Program-made: the position numbers and the translations under genes | DNA from: Somniosus microcephalus | Lineage: Eukaryota | NCBI GenBank assembly: GCA_052327205.1 | Contig: CM126203.1 | Location: 85,188,001-85,252,000, forward strand | Length of the DNA stretch: 64,000 nt | Direction: 5' to 3' | The notes under the pieces: generated by a model | Told to the model about the DNA's origin: nothing | What the model saw: the letters and a program-made list of their open reading frames with translations, nothing else | Database searches by the model: none | Shown: in pieces, positions 23,462-35,580 of the stretch | Layout: each line of letters starts with the position of its first letter | How positions within the stretch are numbered: the stretch's first letter is position 1

Positions 23462-24305
23462 GGGCTGGATTTTGATACTGGAGGCGTGTAGGAAGCGCGA
23501 CTACAACTTTTGGGGTTGTAGTCCCGCCTCCATCGAGTTGTGGCCAACCCACGCGATTTTCACTTGATTGGCCTCGTTGAGCCCGCCCAGCGGGCTCACC
23601 AGGCCAATTAAGGGCCACCCGGCAACAGGTGACGTCACAGATTGACATTTCATCTGTCAAGAGCTTTTGACAGATTAAATATCAGCGTTTGACAGCTCTT
23701 TGAAGCTGTCAAACACTGACAATCTGTACTCCAAGTTAATTCCTTCCTCTCAGGCTGATTTAGAGATCTCTCCAGAACAGAAAGCTGAATGCTGCAACTT
23801 TTGACAGCTCGCGGCCATTCTGCTTTCTGTGCCAGTAAGATGAGGGACTCTCGAGACCTGAAGGAAGGAAGGTTGTAAAGGTAAGTAAAAGGTAATTAAA
23901 CTTCTTTAAACACTTTACACACACCAAACACACTTACCTCTGCACTCATGCACCCATCACTCACCTGAACACCGGACATCTCGAACCCTCCAAGTCCTTC
24001 AGCCCAACGGTCCACCTCGCTAACTTGGCGTGGTTTGGAGCCGTCGGGAATCCCACACTTCAGGAATAAAAATAGAGATTAGGCTAAAAACTGCCTGTCA
24101 ACTATCTGTTAACAGGCAGTTAATTGGCACTAATCCCCTTCCCGCCTCGGGGAGGCGGCTCCCAGCACAGGTCGGGTATCCGCCTCCTTTGAAACTGGCA
24201 TGGAGGCGGGTTGGGGGCGGGATGGGTTCGTGTCCCCCGATTTTGCGATTTTAACCCCCCGCACGCCTCCAATCCCGCCTCCACGGCCCAATGAAAATCC
24301 TGCCC
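23462..24305. mobile_element. Harbinger MITE (Harbinger-2-related)
   Basis: Termini GGGCTGGATTTT / AAAATCCTGCCC with TSD CAT. The last ~65 bp closely match the right end of Harbinger-2. Confidence 0.88.
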
Positions 24306-25079
24306 CATCAGTGAGATATTATTGTATTACTGTTGGTGATGAGGTGATTCTCTGGGTGTTACCAGTATTAATATTAGTTACTATAACTTACTAGTAGAAT
24401 CAGAGTTCCTCCCACCTCTGGTTTTGCCTCTGTGAATCTCTCCCTCATGGTTTCCCCTCTTTGAATCTCTTTCCCACAGGTCCCCCTCTCACCTATGCTT
24501 AGTTTCCCCTTTTACCCTGCTCGCGGGTGGCCTTCTGTTTCTCAGTACCTCCCTGCACATGGCTCGAGCAACATTTTCCTGAGGTTTCCTCCCAGGGGCA
24601 CCATGGGCCTTTTCTGCCTCCAACCAAGACCCCGGACCCTCCTTTTGGTGCCTCTCCCAGTTTCATGAGCACAAGACGTTTTTTTTTTTTAAAGTGCCAC
24701 GAAATCTTGCATGGAGGAAGAGGCTCCTCCTGTTCCTATGTTCCTATTAGTCATCTGATACAAAGCTAGGTGGGACAGTAAGCTGTGAGGAGAACACAAA
24801 GGGCTCGATTTTCATTCAGGTGCGGGTTGGTGTCGTGTTATCCGAATTTTGTGTTTCCCACACGAATCTAAATGGATGTGGGAGATTGATGCAATTTTAA
24901 CTCAATTGGCCAATTGATTTCCAATGTGTGGGAAGCCTCTGCAAAGGGGTTTTTCATGACTGAAAGTCCCCTCCGATTACTTCATCATTGCTGCTGCATT
25001 TAAGGTCCACAGCAAGCCTTGCTTCTTCTGCAGGCTGCCAAGCTTCCTCCATTTGGTGTCAGAGGGACCTGCAGGAAAG

Positions 25080-27087
25080 ATGACAAGCAGGAGGCCCAGA
25101 TCAGCTCCTCGTTTCAACGAGATGGCCCTGCAGGCATTGGTGGATGGGGCGAGGGCCAACAGGGAGGACCTGTTCCCTTCATCAGGGAAGAAGAGGCCTC
25201 CCACTCAAACCAAGGCAGTGTGGATGCAGGTGGCTGAGGAGATCAACTCCTTGGAAGTCACCCACAGAACCTGGATACAGTGCAGGAAAAGCTTTTATGA
25301 CCTTCAGCGCACTGGAAAAGTGAGTATGAATTTCCCATCACCCTCAATCTGATCCCCATTGCCTTTCCTCACCAGCACTCAGCTTTAGCAATCTCTTCCT
25401 CCACATCCCACTTGACACTGACATCCATGCACCCTTGCCCATTCCCTTTCTCTCTATGCTCACATTCACATAACTATTCCACTATGCAGCCCTCACACTC
25501 CCTATCACTCTGATGCTTTGAACACAACTGACAACACACAGGGAGGGCCCTTGGTCTTGCAAACTCACTCCATCTTTGTCTCCTTCTAAGTATCTATGCT
25601 ATACAATCTCTACACTCACTCCTTCATTCTCACTCAACCTCCACTTGTCTCCCTCAATGCAGGAAAAGAGAGCTCACAACAAAAGAGAGCGAGCCAGGAG
25701 AGGAGGAGGGCTACTCTCAATAGCCCACCTGACCCACTGGGAGGAGGTCGTCCTGGAAATGATGGGCATTGAGGATGATTCGCATGTGGGGGATGGACAG
25801 ACGGGTGCAACACAGCAAGCTGGTGACAGAAAAGTTTCCCATCTCTCCCTTTCACATTGCATGAGTCGCTGATAATGATTGTGCAGCTGTAACAGATGCA
25901 CTTATGAGCATCTGCAAAAAACTATGTGCATGTAGCCTTTGCATCACATCTCTGACTCTTTCCTTTACTCCCCCACAGGACCATCACAAGCATCCGTCCC
26001 CTCTAGCCAGGAAGAAGAGGCTGAGCAGCCAGACTCCTCAGAGGACGCTGCAACCTCTGAGGGTGCAGCGTCAGCAGGATTCAGCACACCCAGCACCAGC
26101 GCAGACACTCACACCTCGGTGGGACCTTCGGGACATAGAGTAGTATTGTCACCTGGTGTATCACAGCTCACAAGTGAGCATCAGCAGATTGTGGAGACAG
26201 GGACAGCAGTGGAGAGTCCTAGTCGGAGGGTGCAGGACTCTGTCAGCTCGGCTCAGCAGCATGTCGACCCTCTGCCTCTGGGTCCATCCATAAGATCAGA
26301 GGTGATGGAACTCCAGGCACAGATGCAGGCGTCTCTGGCATGCTTTGTCTCTAGGGTCGCTGCGAGTGTGGAGCGAATGGAGGAGTCCATAGCGAACATC
26401 AGCAGAGCCTTTGTGGAGTCATTGGTGCATGAACGCATCACCACGGAAAGGATGGCTACCTCCGTGGAAACGCTTGCTACTTCCGAGGTAAGGCTGGCTA
26501 CCATAGATGAGAGGGTGGCTATGGTAGAAGAGAGGAGGGCTACGGCCATGGAGGAGCATAGTCACCAGGCTATGGAAAACATGGTCATTGTTCAGAATAG
26601 AATGACATCTCTTGAGGAGCGATGGGCATCTATTGAACAGAGAAACCAGACCTTCATGGAAGTACTTCTGACTAGGACTGCCAGTGCAGATACAGGTCCC
26701 CATGACCCCCCTGATGTGCAGCAAGGTGCTCTCCAGCCACTTGCAGGCGCTGAAGGGGACCTGACCCATGAGAGGGAGATTGGTGGCAGACCTCAAGGAA
26801 GTGTGGGTTCCTCTCCAAGCGCTCACACTTCCATGCCACTGCAGAGCCCTCGGTCAGAGCCCCACCGGAGTCCACACCCAAGTGAGATAGACGTCTCAAC
26901 ACCTGCACAGCCGCAGGAGCAGCAGATTGTTGACGAGCCCTCACAGGCTCGCAACCCAAGAGGAGGCCCACCAAAGGTATCGAGACAGGAGCAGCAGGAA
27001 AGTGAGCAAGGGTCCTCCACATCTGCCGAAGCCGCAGGGGAAGCACTATGTAGGAGCACGCGTAAGAGGAAGAGAAAGCACAAATAG
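25080..27087 (+). CDS. Harbinger-2 Myb/SANT-like partner protein, intact 3-exon gene (25080-25319, 25663-25822, 25979-27087; ~502 aa)
   Basis: GT-AG introns of phase 0 and 1 give one open frame. It contains PRFNEMAL..W..VA...RTWIQCRKSF.DL, then RRGGG, heptad repeats, and a C-terminal NLS RSTRKRKRKHK. Confidence 0.85.
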
Positions 27088-27344
27088 TCATAAGGGTACT
27101 CACTTGGGTAGAATTTTGTGTTTAGTGTAAAAATGCCATCACGTCGTAACTGTGCGTAAAAATTCTGATGGCAAATGTTGCAGTTGTGGCGTCTGTCATT
27201 TCGCTATTGGGACTTCCACATTGAGGCCTTAGGAATACTTGCAACTGTCAGTATGGTGGTCAGAGTGCTAGGAATGCTCTGGTTCTTGGCCATTGTCAAT
27301 GCTCTGGTAAGAAGCAGCAAGGCAAAAGTGTTTGATTGACTAGG

Positions 27345-28458
27345 CTAAGCAAATCTGGCCAGGATGAGTGCGTTCCTTGCATCCCGGGTAGCAATGTTCT
27401 CACGTAATGCTGCCGCTGGTTGATGGGCCTCTGCAGGATGCTCGTTTTCACCCTCCTTCTCCTCCTCCTCCTCCTCATCTGAGGAGGATATGTGAGGAGC
27501 CACTTAGTCCTCAGGAATCTGCAAGCCACGACGCTGTGCCATGTTGTGAAGTGCACAGCAAACCACGACGATTCTGGAGACCCTGGCTGCTGAGTACTGT
27601 AGGGCTCCACCGGATCTATCCAGGTATCTGAAGCGCATCTTCAGCAACCCGATGGTTTGCTCAATAATGGATCTGGTGGAAATGTGGCTAGAATTGTAGC
27701 GCTCCTCAGCTTCGTTGGCTGGCCTCCTCAACAGCGTCATTAGCCACGTCCTCAGGGGATAGCCCTTGTCTCCAAGTAGCCATCAGTTAAGTTGGTCTGG
27801 CAGACTGAATAGCAGAGGCACACTGGACTGGCGCAGTATGAAGGAGTCATGGCAACTGCCAGGGTACATGGCACAAACATGCAAAATTTCCTTCTTGTGG
27901 TCACACACCAGTTGAACGTTGAGGGAGTGGAAGCCCTTGCGGTTGACAAAAGTACCTGGACTGCGATGGGGTGCCTTAAGGGCCACATGTGTGCAGTGAA
28001 CAATGCCCTGCACCCTTAGAAAGCCTGCCAGGTAAGCTAATCCAACCGCTCGCGCCGTGACATTTGCGCGATCCCTGGTGAAATGGATGTGATTGTGCGC
28101 GAGGGCAAAGAGGGCATCAGTTACCTGCGTGATGCAAGTGTGTATGGCTGCCTGGGAGATGCCGCTGATGTCTGCTGCTGATCCCTGGAATGAGCCTGAG
28201 GCAAAAAAGTTGAATGCGGTGGTGACTTTGACAGCCACTGGTAATGTTTGTCCACCTGGTCCTCTGGGCAGCAGGTCAGTCTCTACCTCTCGCAAAAGTC
28301 GGAGTCTCCTTTGGCACTGCTGCTCAGACATGTTGAGATAGGTGACCCTGCGTCTGTAGACCTTGTTTGGGGGGTATCTCCTGTGCCGACGGGCTTCCAG
28401 GCGCTGGCCCCTTCTGGCCTGTGCAGCCTCAGGTGCGTGAGCAGTAGCCTGGCGCTCC

Positions 28459-28490
<32 letters not shown>

Positions 28491-28571
28491 TTGTTCCTGG
28501 TTCTGCTGCTGCTGCGGCTGGTGCTCAAGCTCCTCTAATGCCCAGATGGGAAGGAAATAAATGGCTCCCAT
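27345..28571 (-). pseudogene. Harbinger-2 transposase, inactivated
   Basis: Same frame throughout, but with in-frame stops at 27783-27785 and 27504-27506, first catalytic D replaced (GIVHCTHV), and a short deletion in the HTH region. It has a poly-Q N-terminus and a poly-E tail. Confidence 0.9.
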
Positions 28572-30524
28572 GCTTCTGGTATAAGCCTCTGTTGAGGAAG
28601 CGCTGAGTGAAGGCAGCGAGAGGGGTTTCCCAGGAGGCCACACTGGAGATGGGTGTGAGGCTCCAACCTTGCCCCAGACCTGAGAACACTAAGTCCTGCC
28701 ACCTGCAAATGATGGCTGATCAAATCTCCTCTTTAATGGTTAACCTGCAATTGATAGTCAGCAATCCAATAGTGCTCCCGCCAGGTTTCACATTTGTGAT
28801 TCCCACCAGGCATGTTTTACGTGGGAAAAGGGTTAAATTTGCAAGGGCCTCTTAAAAGAGGATTAGACAGGCCATTTAGTGGTAATTAAGGGCCTTAAAG
28901 ACCAGTCCCGCCTGTTGGATGCGGGACGGAGTCGGGACCATCAGACACGCCTGAGTTAAATTTGCTCGGAGTTGGGAACCAGGCGGGTGGATTCCGCCCA
29001 CCAATTTTTGCGATTTTAACCCCCCGCACGCCTCCAAACCCGACTCCACGTCGCAATGAAAATCGAGCCCAAAGATTCTGTAAAGGGATATAGACAGATT
29101 GAGTGGGCAGTAAGGTGGCCAATGGAGTATAATGTAAGGAAATATGAGGTTATTCACTTTGGTAGGAAGAATAGAAAAACAGAATATTTTTTAAATGGTG
29201 AGAAACTTTCAAATGTTGGTGTTCAGAGAGATTTGGCTGTCCTCGTGCAAGAAACACGGAAAGCTAGCATGCAGGTACAGCAAGCAATAAGGAAGGTAAA
29301 TGGCATGTTGGCCTTTATTGCAAGGGGGTTGGAGTATAAGAGTAAGGAAGTCTTGCTACAATTGTACAGGGCCTTGGTGAGACCACACCTGGAGTACTGT
29401 GCACAGTTTTGGTCTCCTTATCTAAGGAAGGATATACTTGCCTTGGAGGCGGTGCAACAAAGGTTCACTAGATTGAGTCCTGGGATGAGAGGGCTGCCCT
29501 GTGATGAGAGAGTGTGTAGAATGGGCATATACTCTCTGGAGTTTAGAAGAATGAGAGGTGATCTCATTGGAATATACAAGATTCTGAAGGGGGTTGACAG
29601 GGTCGATGCTGAGAGGTTGTTTCCCCTGGCTGGAGTGTCTAGATCTAGGGGGCATAGTCTCAGGATAAGGGGTGGGCCCTATAAGATTGAGATGAGGAAG
29701 AATTTCTTCACTCAGAGGGTTTTGAATCTTTGGAATTCTCTGCCCCAGAGGGCTGTGAATGCTGAGTGTTTGAGTATATTCAAGGCTGAGGTAGATTTTT
29801 GGACTCTAGGGGAATCAAGGGATATGGAGGTCGGGCGGGAAAGTGGAATTGAGGTCTATGATCAGCCATGACCTTATTGAATGGCGGAGCAGGCTCGAGG
29901 GGCCGTATGGCCTACTCCTGCTCCTGTTTCTTATGTTCTATTGGAACTACCTGACGGTCACTCAGTCTTGCCAAAATTTTAATTCTTACTGCTGCTCTCC
30001 CAGCCTGCTGCAGAAATATTCAACCATTCTGGGCTTTTTAAAGGTTGCACTTTAAATTTTCAGCCACGCCAGGATAGTATTCCTGTGTTACACACAAGTT
30101 GCTTTCAGCTGATGCCAGTGGTATGCAAATGAGCTGACCCCACAATTTCTGGCAAGGTCAGTGCTAGGCAGACGTCCTGGCTCAGCACAGCAACACTGAG
30201 GCAAATGGCCGCGTGGAACTTAGAGGTCTATTTTCTCTGTGAGTGTGCTAATATTCTTTTCTCCTATGATACCAAACTCAGTTTACACCTTTATTCTGTC
30301 CCTTCCCTTATGTAAAAGACTTGAAGTGTTCACTCAAAATCTGTTTTCTGTATTAATGCAAAGAATAAGAGATTATACAAGATATACAGAGGTGGAATCT
30401 GCCAAAGCCTTTTGATAGTGAACAAGATGATGATGAAACTCACTCCTGGCAGATGTTCCTGAATCCCATTTTAAAGTGAACCATGACAGGTCTCTACTCT
30501 GACCAAATTCTCCTAAAACAGCTG

Positions 30525-31131
30525 GGGGGAAAAATTGGGTGGCGCTGAATTTTAGCGCCCCGAAAAAGTTACCGCCCCTCCGCCATAAATTCATTAGTAG
30601 TGCCCCAAGCAGGAGGTGGGGCGCTACTAGAAAGCGCTCCATCTCCTGCTTGGGGTGCTACTACTGAAGTTCATGTCGGCACGTAGCGCCGCGTCTTTGC
30701 AGGCCTCCTCTCCTGATGAAAGGGGAGGGGCCTAGTGCTGCGCACACTGTTGCCCTGCTGGACCACCAGGGAGCGGGGTGTCATGGAAACAGCCCAGCAC
30801 TCAAGAGGAGTGCCGAGCTGAGCGATCGCGGCCAGCACCCCACATAAAAAAGTGAAAAGGGGCAGGTGCTGGCAGTTGGCCAAAATAAAATGGCCGCCCG
30901 ACACCTGCCTCTTTAAGTAGCGCTGCCGCCGCTGCAAGAACAACCCCTGATCCTGTCAGACATATCATCTGGCAATAGGTCAGGGGGCGCAAGGGAAGTT
31001 TGCGGCCTGGGCTACCGGTTACCGCCGCCGCTAACCTCCCGCTGAATTTCACGGGAGGCATTAGCAGTGCCGTTCCTGGGCGCTAGGGGATTTGAAGGCG
31101 CTAACGAGAGACGCAAATCAATTTTTCCCAC
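30525..31131. mobile_element. GC-rich Harbinger MITE (Harbinger-1-related)
   Basis: TIRs GGGGGAAAAATT / AATTTTTCCCAC, TSD CTG, and GGCGCTA motifs. Confidence 0.88.
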
Positions 31132-31657
31132 CTGAACTCCACTGGATGCTAAAAACTGCATTGCACATTTGTGGATGAAAATAACAAAAGACTCGAGAAA
31201 TTCAAACCTCAAGAAGTAATTGTACATACGGCATAAGTGTGAGTCTTAGGACAGTTAATTATATGTAGTATTGTAGGAACGGAGGTTCCTATCAAAAAGA
31301 CTGAGTTCGACTCAGGTAATTAAATGAATGAACTTTAATGAAATCAAACGAGTTTAAACTGGAAACTGCTAGGACACATCAATAACAGGTCTACTCTCCT
31401 TGAGGGCTCCACGAGGACTGATCCCCTGATCAGGAGAGTGACATCATGACATCATCACGTTCTTCCCGCCGTTGGGGCATCACGTGACTAACGGCATGAC
31501 ATCATCACGTGCTGTAAAGGTAACTGGCATTGTACAGTCAAACAGTGTAATTAAAGGTACAGGCACAGACAGTAACTACATTGCTGTTAAAGGAATTATG
31601 TACAACCGCTCTGAGTCCTTTGGTGGCTTCGCCACATGCGCCCCCCCAGAATTGTCT

Positions 31658-34600
31658 TTAACAGAAAAGGTGAGGCGAGGAGGAGGCCTGATGAGCCTGT
31701 CCGATCGACTTCGATGCCGTCGGTGGCGGCTGAGCAGGCGCGGCGAGCGCCGATGGGTTGTCAGGCGGCTTTGGTTGATCAGGTGCAGCGGCCACGGGCA
31801 GTCGGCCACGTTTGGGTGGTTGAGCGACTACAACAGGGTGGTCCAGGTCCAGGTCCAGGTGAGCCGGCTTCAAGCGGTCCACCGAGATGTGATCCGGTTT
31901 CCCTCCGACATCGACCAAAAAGGATTTGTCACCCGGTTCGATGATGCGGAAAGGACCAGTGTAAGGAGGCTTGAGCGGATCCCGGTGAGCGTCGTGTCGG
32001 ATGAAGACATACTCTGCAGTCTTCAGTCCCGGTGGCACGTAGGAGGTCTGCAAACCGTGATTGGACGTAGGGATCGGGGCAAAGCATCTGGCCGCTTCTT
32101 GGTGGCGAACGAGTTGCTGGGAGTCGGACCATGGCTCTGTGGGAGAAGGAAGGAAATCTCCAGGTACCCGGAGCGGCTGGCCAGCTGAAGACGATTGTAG
32201 ATCATCTTTGGGTGCCGTACGGAGACCCAACAGGACCCATGGGAGTCTGTCCACCCATCCTACGCCTTGAAGACTGGCCCGAAGAGAGGCTTTAAGCGAC
32301 CTGTGGAATCGCTCGCAAAGGCCGTTTGCCTGCGGATGATAGGCGGTGGTGCGATGAAGCTTGGCACCGAGCCCCTGAGCCACAGCAGTCCAAAGATCCG
32401 AGGAAAATTGTGGCCCGCGGTCAGAGGAGATGTCCGCCGGTACTCCGAAACGGGCAACCCAACAGGAGATGAAAGCTCTAGCGACGTCTGCCGACGTGGT
32501 GGAAACCAAAGGAATTGCCTCTGGCCACCTAGTGGTGCGGTCCACTATGGTAAGGAGATGAGTATAACCCTGAGAAGGCGGAAGCGGCCCCACGAGGTCC
32601 ACATGCACGTGGTCGAAACGACGCTCCGGAACAGTAAACACAGCTACTGGAGCCTTGACATGACACTGGACTTTGGCCTTCTGGCATACGACGCAGGTAT
32701 TAGCCCAGTCACGGATATCGATGTGCATCACCTTCCAGACGAACTTGGCTGACATAAGCCGTTGCGAAGCCTTCATCCCTGGGTGCGACAACCCATGGAT
32801 GGCATCAAAAACCCTCCAGCGCCATGTGACTGGCACTATGGGACGAGGAACTCCCATGGAAATGTCGCAAAGGAGCGTGGCACCTGCATCCTGGAAGACG
32901 ACGTCGGTCGCTTGGAAGCTGGAGGGAATGGTTCGATACGATTGGACCTCCGAATCCGAAACCTGATCTTTCGCCATGAGGGCGTAGTCGATCCCCAGGT
33001 GCACCGCGTGGACCGTCGCACGGGAGAGGCAATCTGCCACCAGGTTGTCCTTACCAGACACATGTTGAATGTCCGTAGTAAATTCGGAAATGAACGTCAA
33101 GTGGCGTTGTTGACGAGCGGACCACAGTTCGGTGGTCTTGGCCATGGCGAACGTAAGGGGTTTGTGGTCGACAAAAGCCGTGAAGGGGCGCCCCTCCAAT
33201 AAAAACCGGAAATGGCGAATGGCGAGGAAAAGGGCCAGTAGTTCCCTATCAAAGGTGCTGTACTTTTTCTCATTTGTTCACAATTGACGGCTGAAAAACG
33301 CCAGTGGTTGCCACGTGCCGTTGACCCACTGTTCTTGCACCGCACCGATGGCGTAGTCTGACGCGTCGGTGGTAAGGGCGATAGTAGCACCTGGAAGTGG
33401 GTGTGCCAGCATGGTTGCGTTGGTCAAAGCGTTCTTGGTGTCGCCGAATGCCTGGATCATTTCAGCTGTCCAGCTGGTTGGGTCTTTACCAGACTTGCCC
33501 TTGAGGGCCCCGAACAAGGGTTGCATGAGTTGAGCCGCCTTGGGGACGAAACGGTGGTAGAAGTTGACCATCCCCAGGAACTCCTGCAAGGCCTTGACTG
33601 TTGACGGCCGCGGGAAAGAAGTAACCACCTCAACCTTCGTCGCCAAAGGGACGGCGCCGTCCGATGTTATGCGGTGTCCCAGGAAGTCGATTTGTTGCAG
33701 GCCGAACTGGCACTTGGCCGGGTTGATGATTAAACCGTGTTGGCTGAGGCGCGTAAAGAGGGAATGTAAACGGGAGATGTGCTCCTCCTTGCTGGCACTG
33801 GCGATGAGTATGTCGTCAAGGTATACGAAAAGGAAACGCAGGTCCCGAAGAACGGAGTCCATTAAACGCTGGAGCGCCTGTGCTGCGTTCTTTAAGCCAA
33901 ATGGCATCCGCAGGAACTCAAAGAGGCCAAAAGGGGTGATGACAGCGGTTTTCGGGATGCCTTGTGGGTGCACTGGAACCTGGTGATATCCACGGACGAG
34001 GTCGACTTTAGAAAAGATAGTATTTCCTGCCAAGTGGGCCGAGAAGTCCTGGATATGCGGGATCGGGTACCGATCTGGAGTGGTGGCGTCGTTGAGGCGT
34101 TGGTAGTCACCGCATGGCCGCCAGCCGCCGCCTGGTTTCGGCACGATGTGTAGAGGCGAAGACCAGGGACTGTTCGATCGCCTAATGATGCCGAGCCGCT
34201 CCATTGTGGCGAACTCCGCCTTCGCAGCTACAAGCTTGCCGGGTTTGAGCCTTCTAGCCAGCGCATAAACCGAGGAGCCAGTAGTGGTGATGTGATGTTC
34301 AACACCATGTTTCATCGCCAAAGAGGAGAAGGTGGGCCTTGTCAGCTCCGGAAACTCCCCGAGGAGCCGCGTGAAGTCATCTAGAGGAGGGAAAGCACAG
34401 GCAATGGAACGCGCCACGGAGGTACCGTGGAAGCACGGGATGGAGCTCCGGGTGCTCCGGTTTCCTCCCACAGTCCAAAGATGTGCGGGTTAGGTTGATT
34501 GGCTATGATAAATTGACCCTTAGTGTTAGGGGGATTAAATACGTGGGGTTACGGGGATAGGGTGTGATATGTGTTGGTGTAGGGGTTACGGGGATCAGGT

Positions 34601-35580
34601 GGGATATGTGTCGGTGGAGGCTCGATGGGCCGAAATGGCCTCTATCTGCACTGTGGGGTTTCTGTGATTTCTGTGGCCGCATTGATCAGCCGGCGGTGTC
34701 GGACATCGACTAGCTGGCTGTTGGCACACAGAAAATCTGCCCCTAGGATAGGCTGTGAGACTGTAGCCGTGATGAAATCTCAAAAGAAGCGCTGACCACT
34801 GAAACAGACTTTGACCCGCCGCTTTCGGAATGTTCAAATAGCTGTGCCATTAGCCGCTACGAGGGAAAAACCAAGGTTCCCAGTCTGCGTGTTGAGCTTC
34901 GACGCAGGTAGAATGCTACACTGCGCCCCGGTGTCACAAAGGAAACGGCGGCCCGAGAGGGAATTGGTGATATAGAGGAGTTTCCCCGTAGAACCGACGG
35001 CCATCGCCACCGCGGAACGCCCGTTAGATTTGGTCATCCGTCGCCAGGGACGCCGCCTGCGCCTTCTTGTTTTTTTTTTGGTGAAAAACTACAGGGGGAA
35101 CGGCAGCATTGTGCTTTCGCGCCAAAACGCCCGCTGTAGGAGAAACCGTGACCGCGTCTGTGGGGGGTGGGCGCCTCGTGGCCACGCAGCACTGCTGGGT
35201 AACCATGAAAATCTTATCGGCTTCGGCCGCAAGCTTGGCGCAGTCAGTAATGCCGGAGCTGGCCAGGTTTGGAGTCCCCGAGGCCGGGCAGCGTGATGAG
35301 CCGGCGAGCACGCTCCGACTTTGATAGCCCGAAAACCTGAAGCAACCGCGCCTTAATTGCATCATACTTGCTGTCAGTAGGAGGACTACCAATGAGGCTG
35401 ATGATCCGGGATGCAGTTGCGCTGTCGAGGGCGGTGGCCACGTAATAGTAACGGGTCTGATCCGCATTGATGTTCCGAATGGCGAACTGGGCTTCGGCCT
35501 GGATGAACCAGTCGTCTGGTTGTTGCTCCCAGAACTGTGGCAGTTTCAGCGTGACGGCGTTCGTGTCCACGTCGAATCTT
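31658..35580 (-). pseudogene. gag-pol of element C (protease CDTG, RT YLDD, RNase H, integrase with GPF), disrupted
   Basis: RT ORF 33278-34471 and RNase H/integrase ORF 31658-33199 are in the same frame, separated by one TGA. There is a SINE insertion at 34448-34675 and deletions in gag/protease. Confidence 0.88.
34448..34675 (+). mobile_element. 5'-truncated HE1/V-SINE-type SINE inserted in element C
   Basis: V-domain-like gggtgctccggtttcctcccacagtccaaagatgtgc plus LINE-shared tail gatgggccgaaatggcct...ctgcactgt. It interrupts pol between RRLINAA and SSIPC. Confidence 0.8.

Larger units (their letters stand above)
24801..29070. mobile_element. PIF/Harbinger DNA transposon, full length (Harbinger-2)
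   Basis: Perfect 16-bp TIRs GGGCTCGATTTTCATT, TSD AAA (24798-24800, 29071-29073), and convergent Myb and transposase genes. Confidence 0.95.
24754..29940 (+). mobile_element. CR1 LINE 3' portion, split by Harbinger-2
   Basis: DTKLGG..SCEE at 24755-24800 continues at 29074 into ORF 29056-29871. Tail ttcttatgttcta at about 29930-29940. Confidence 0.9.
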
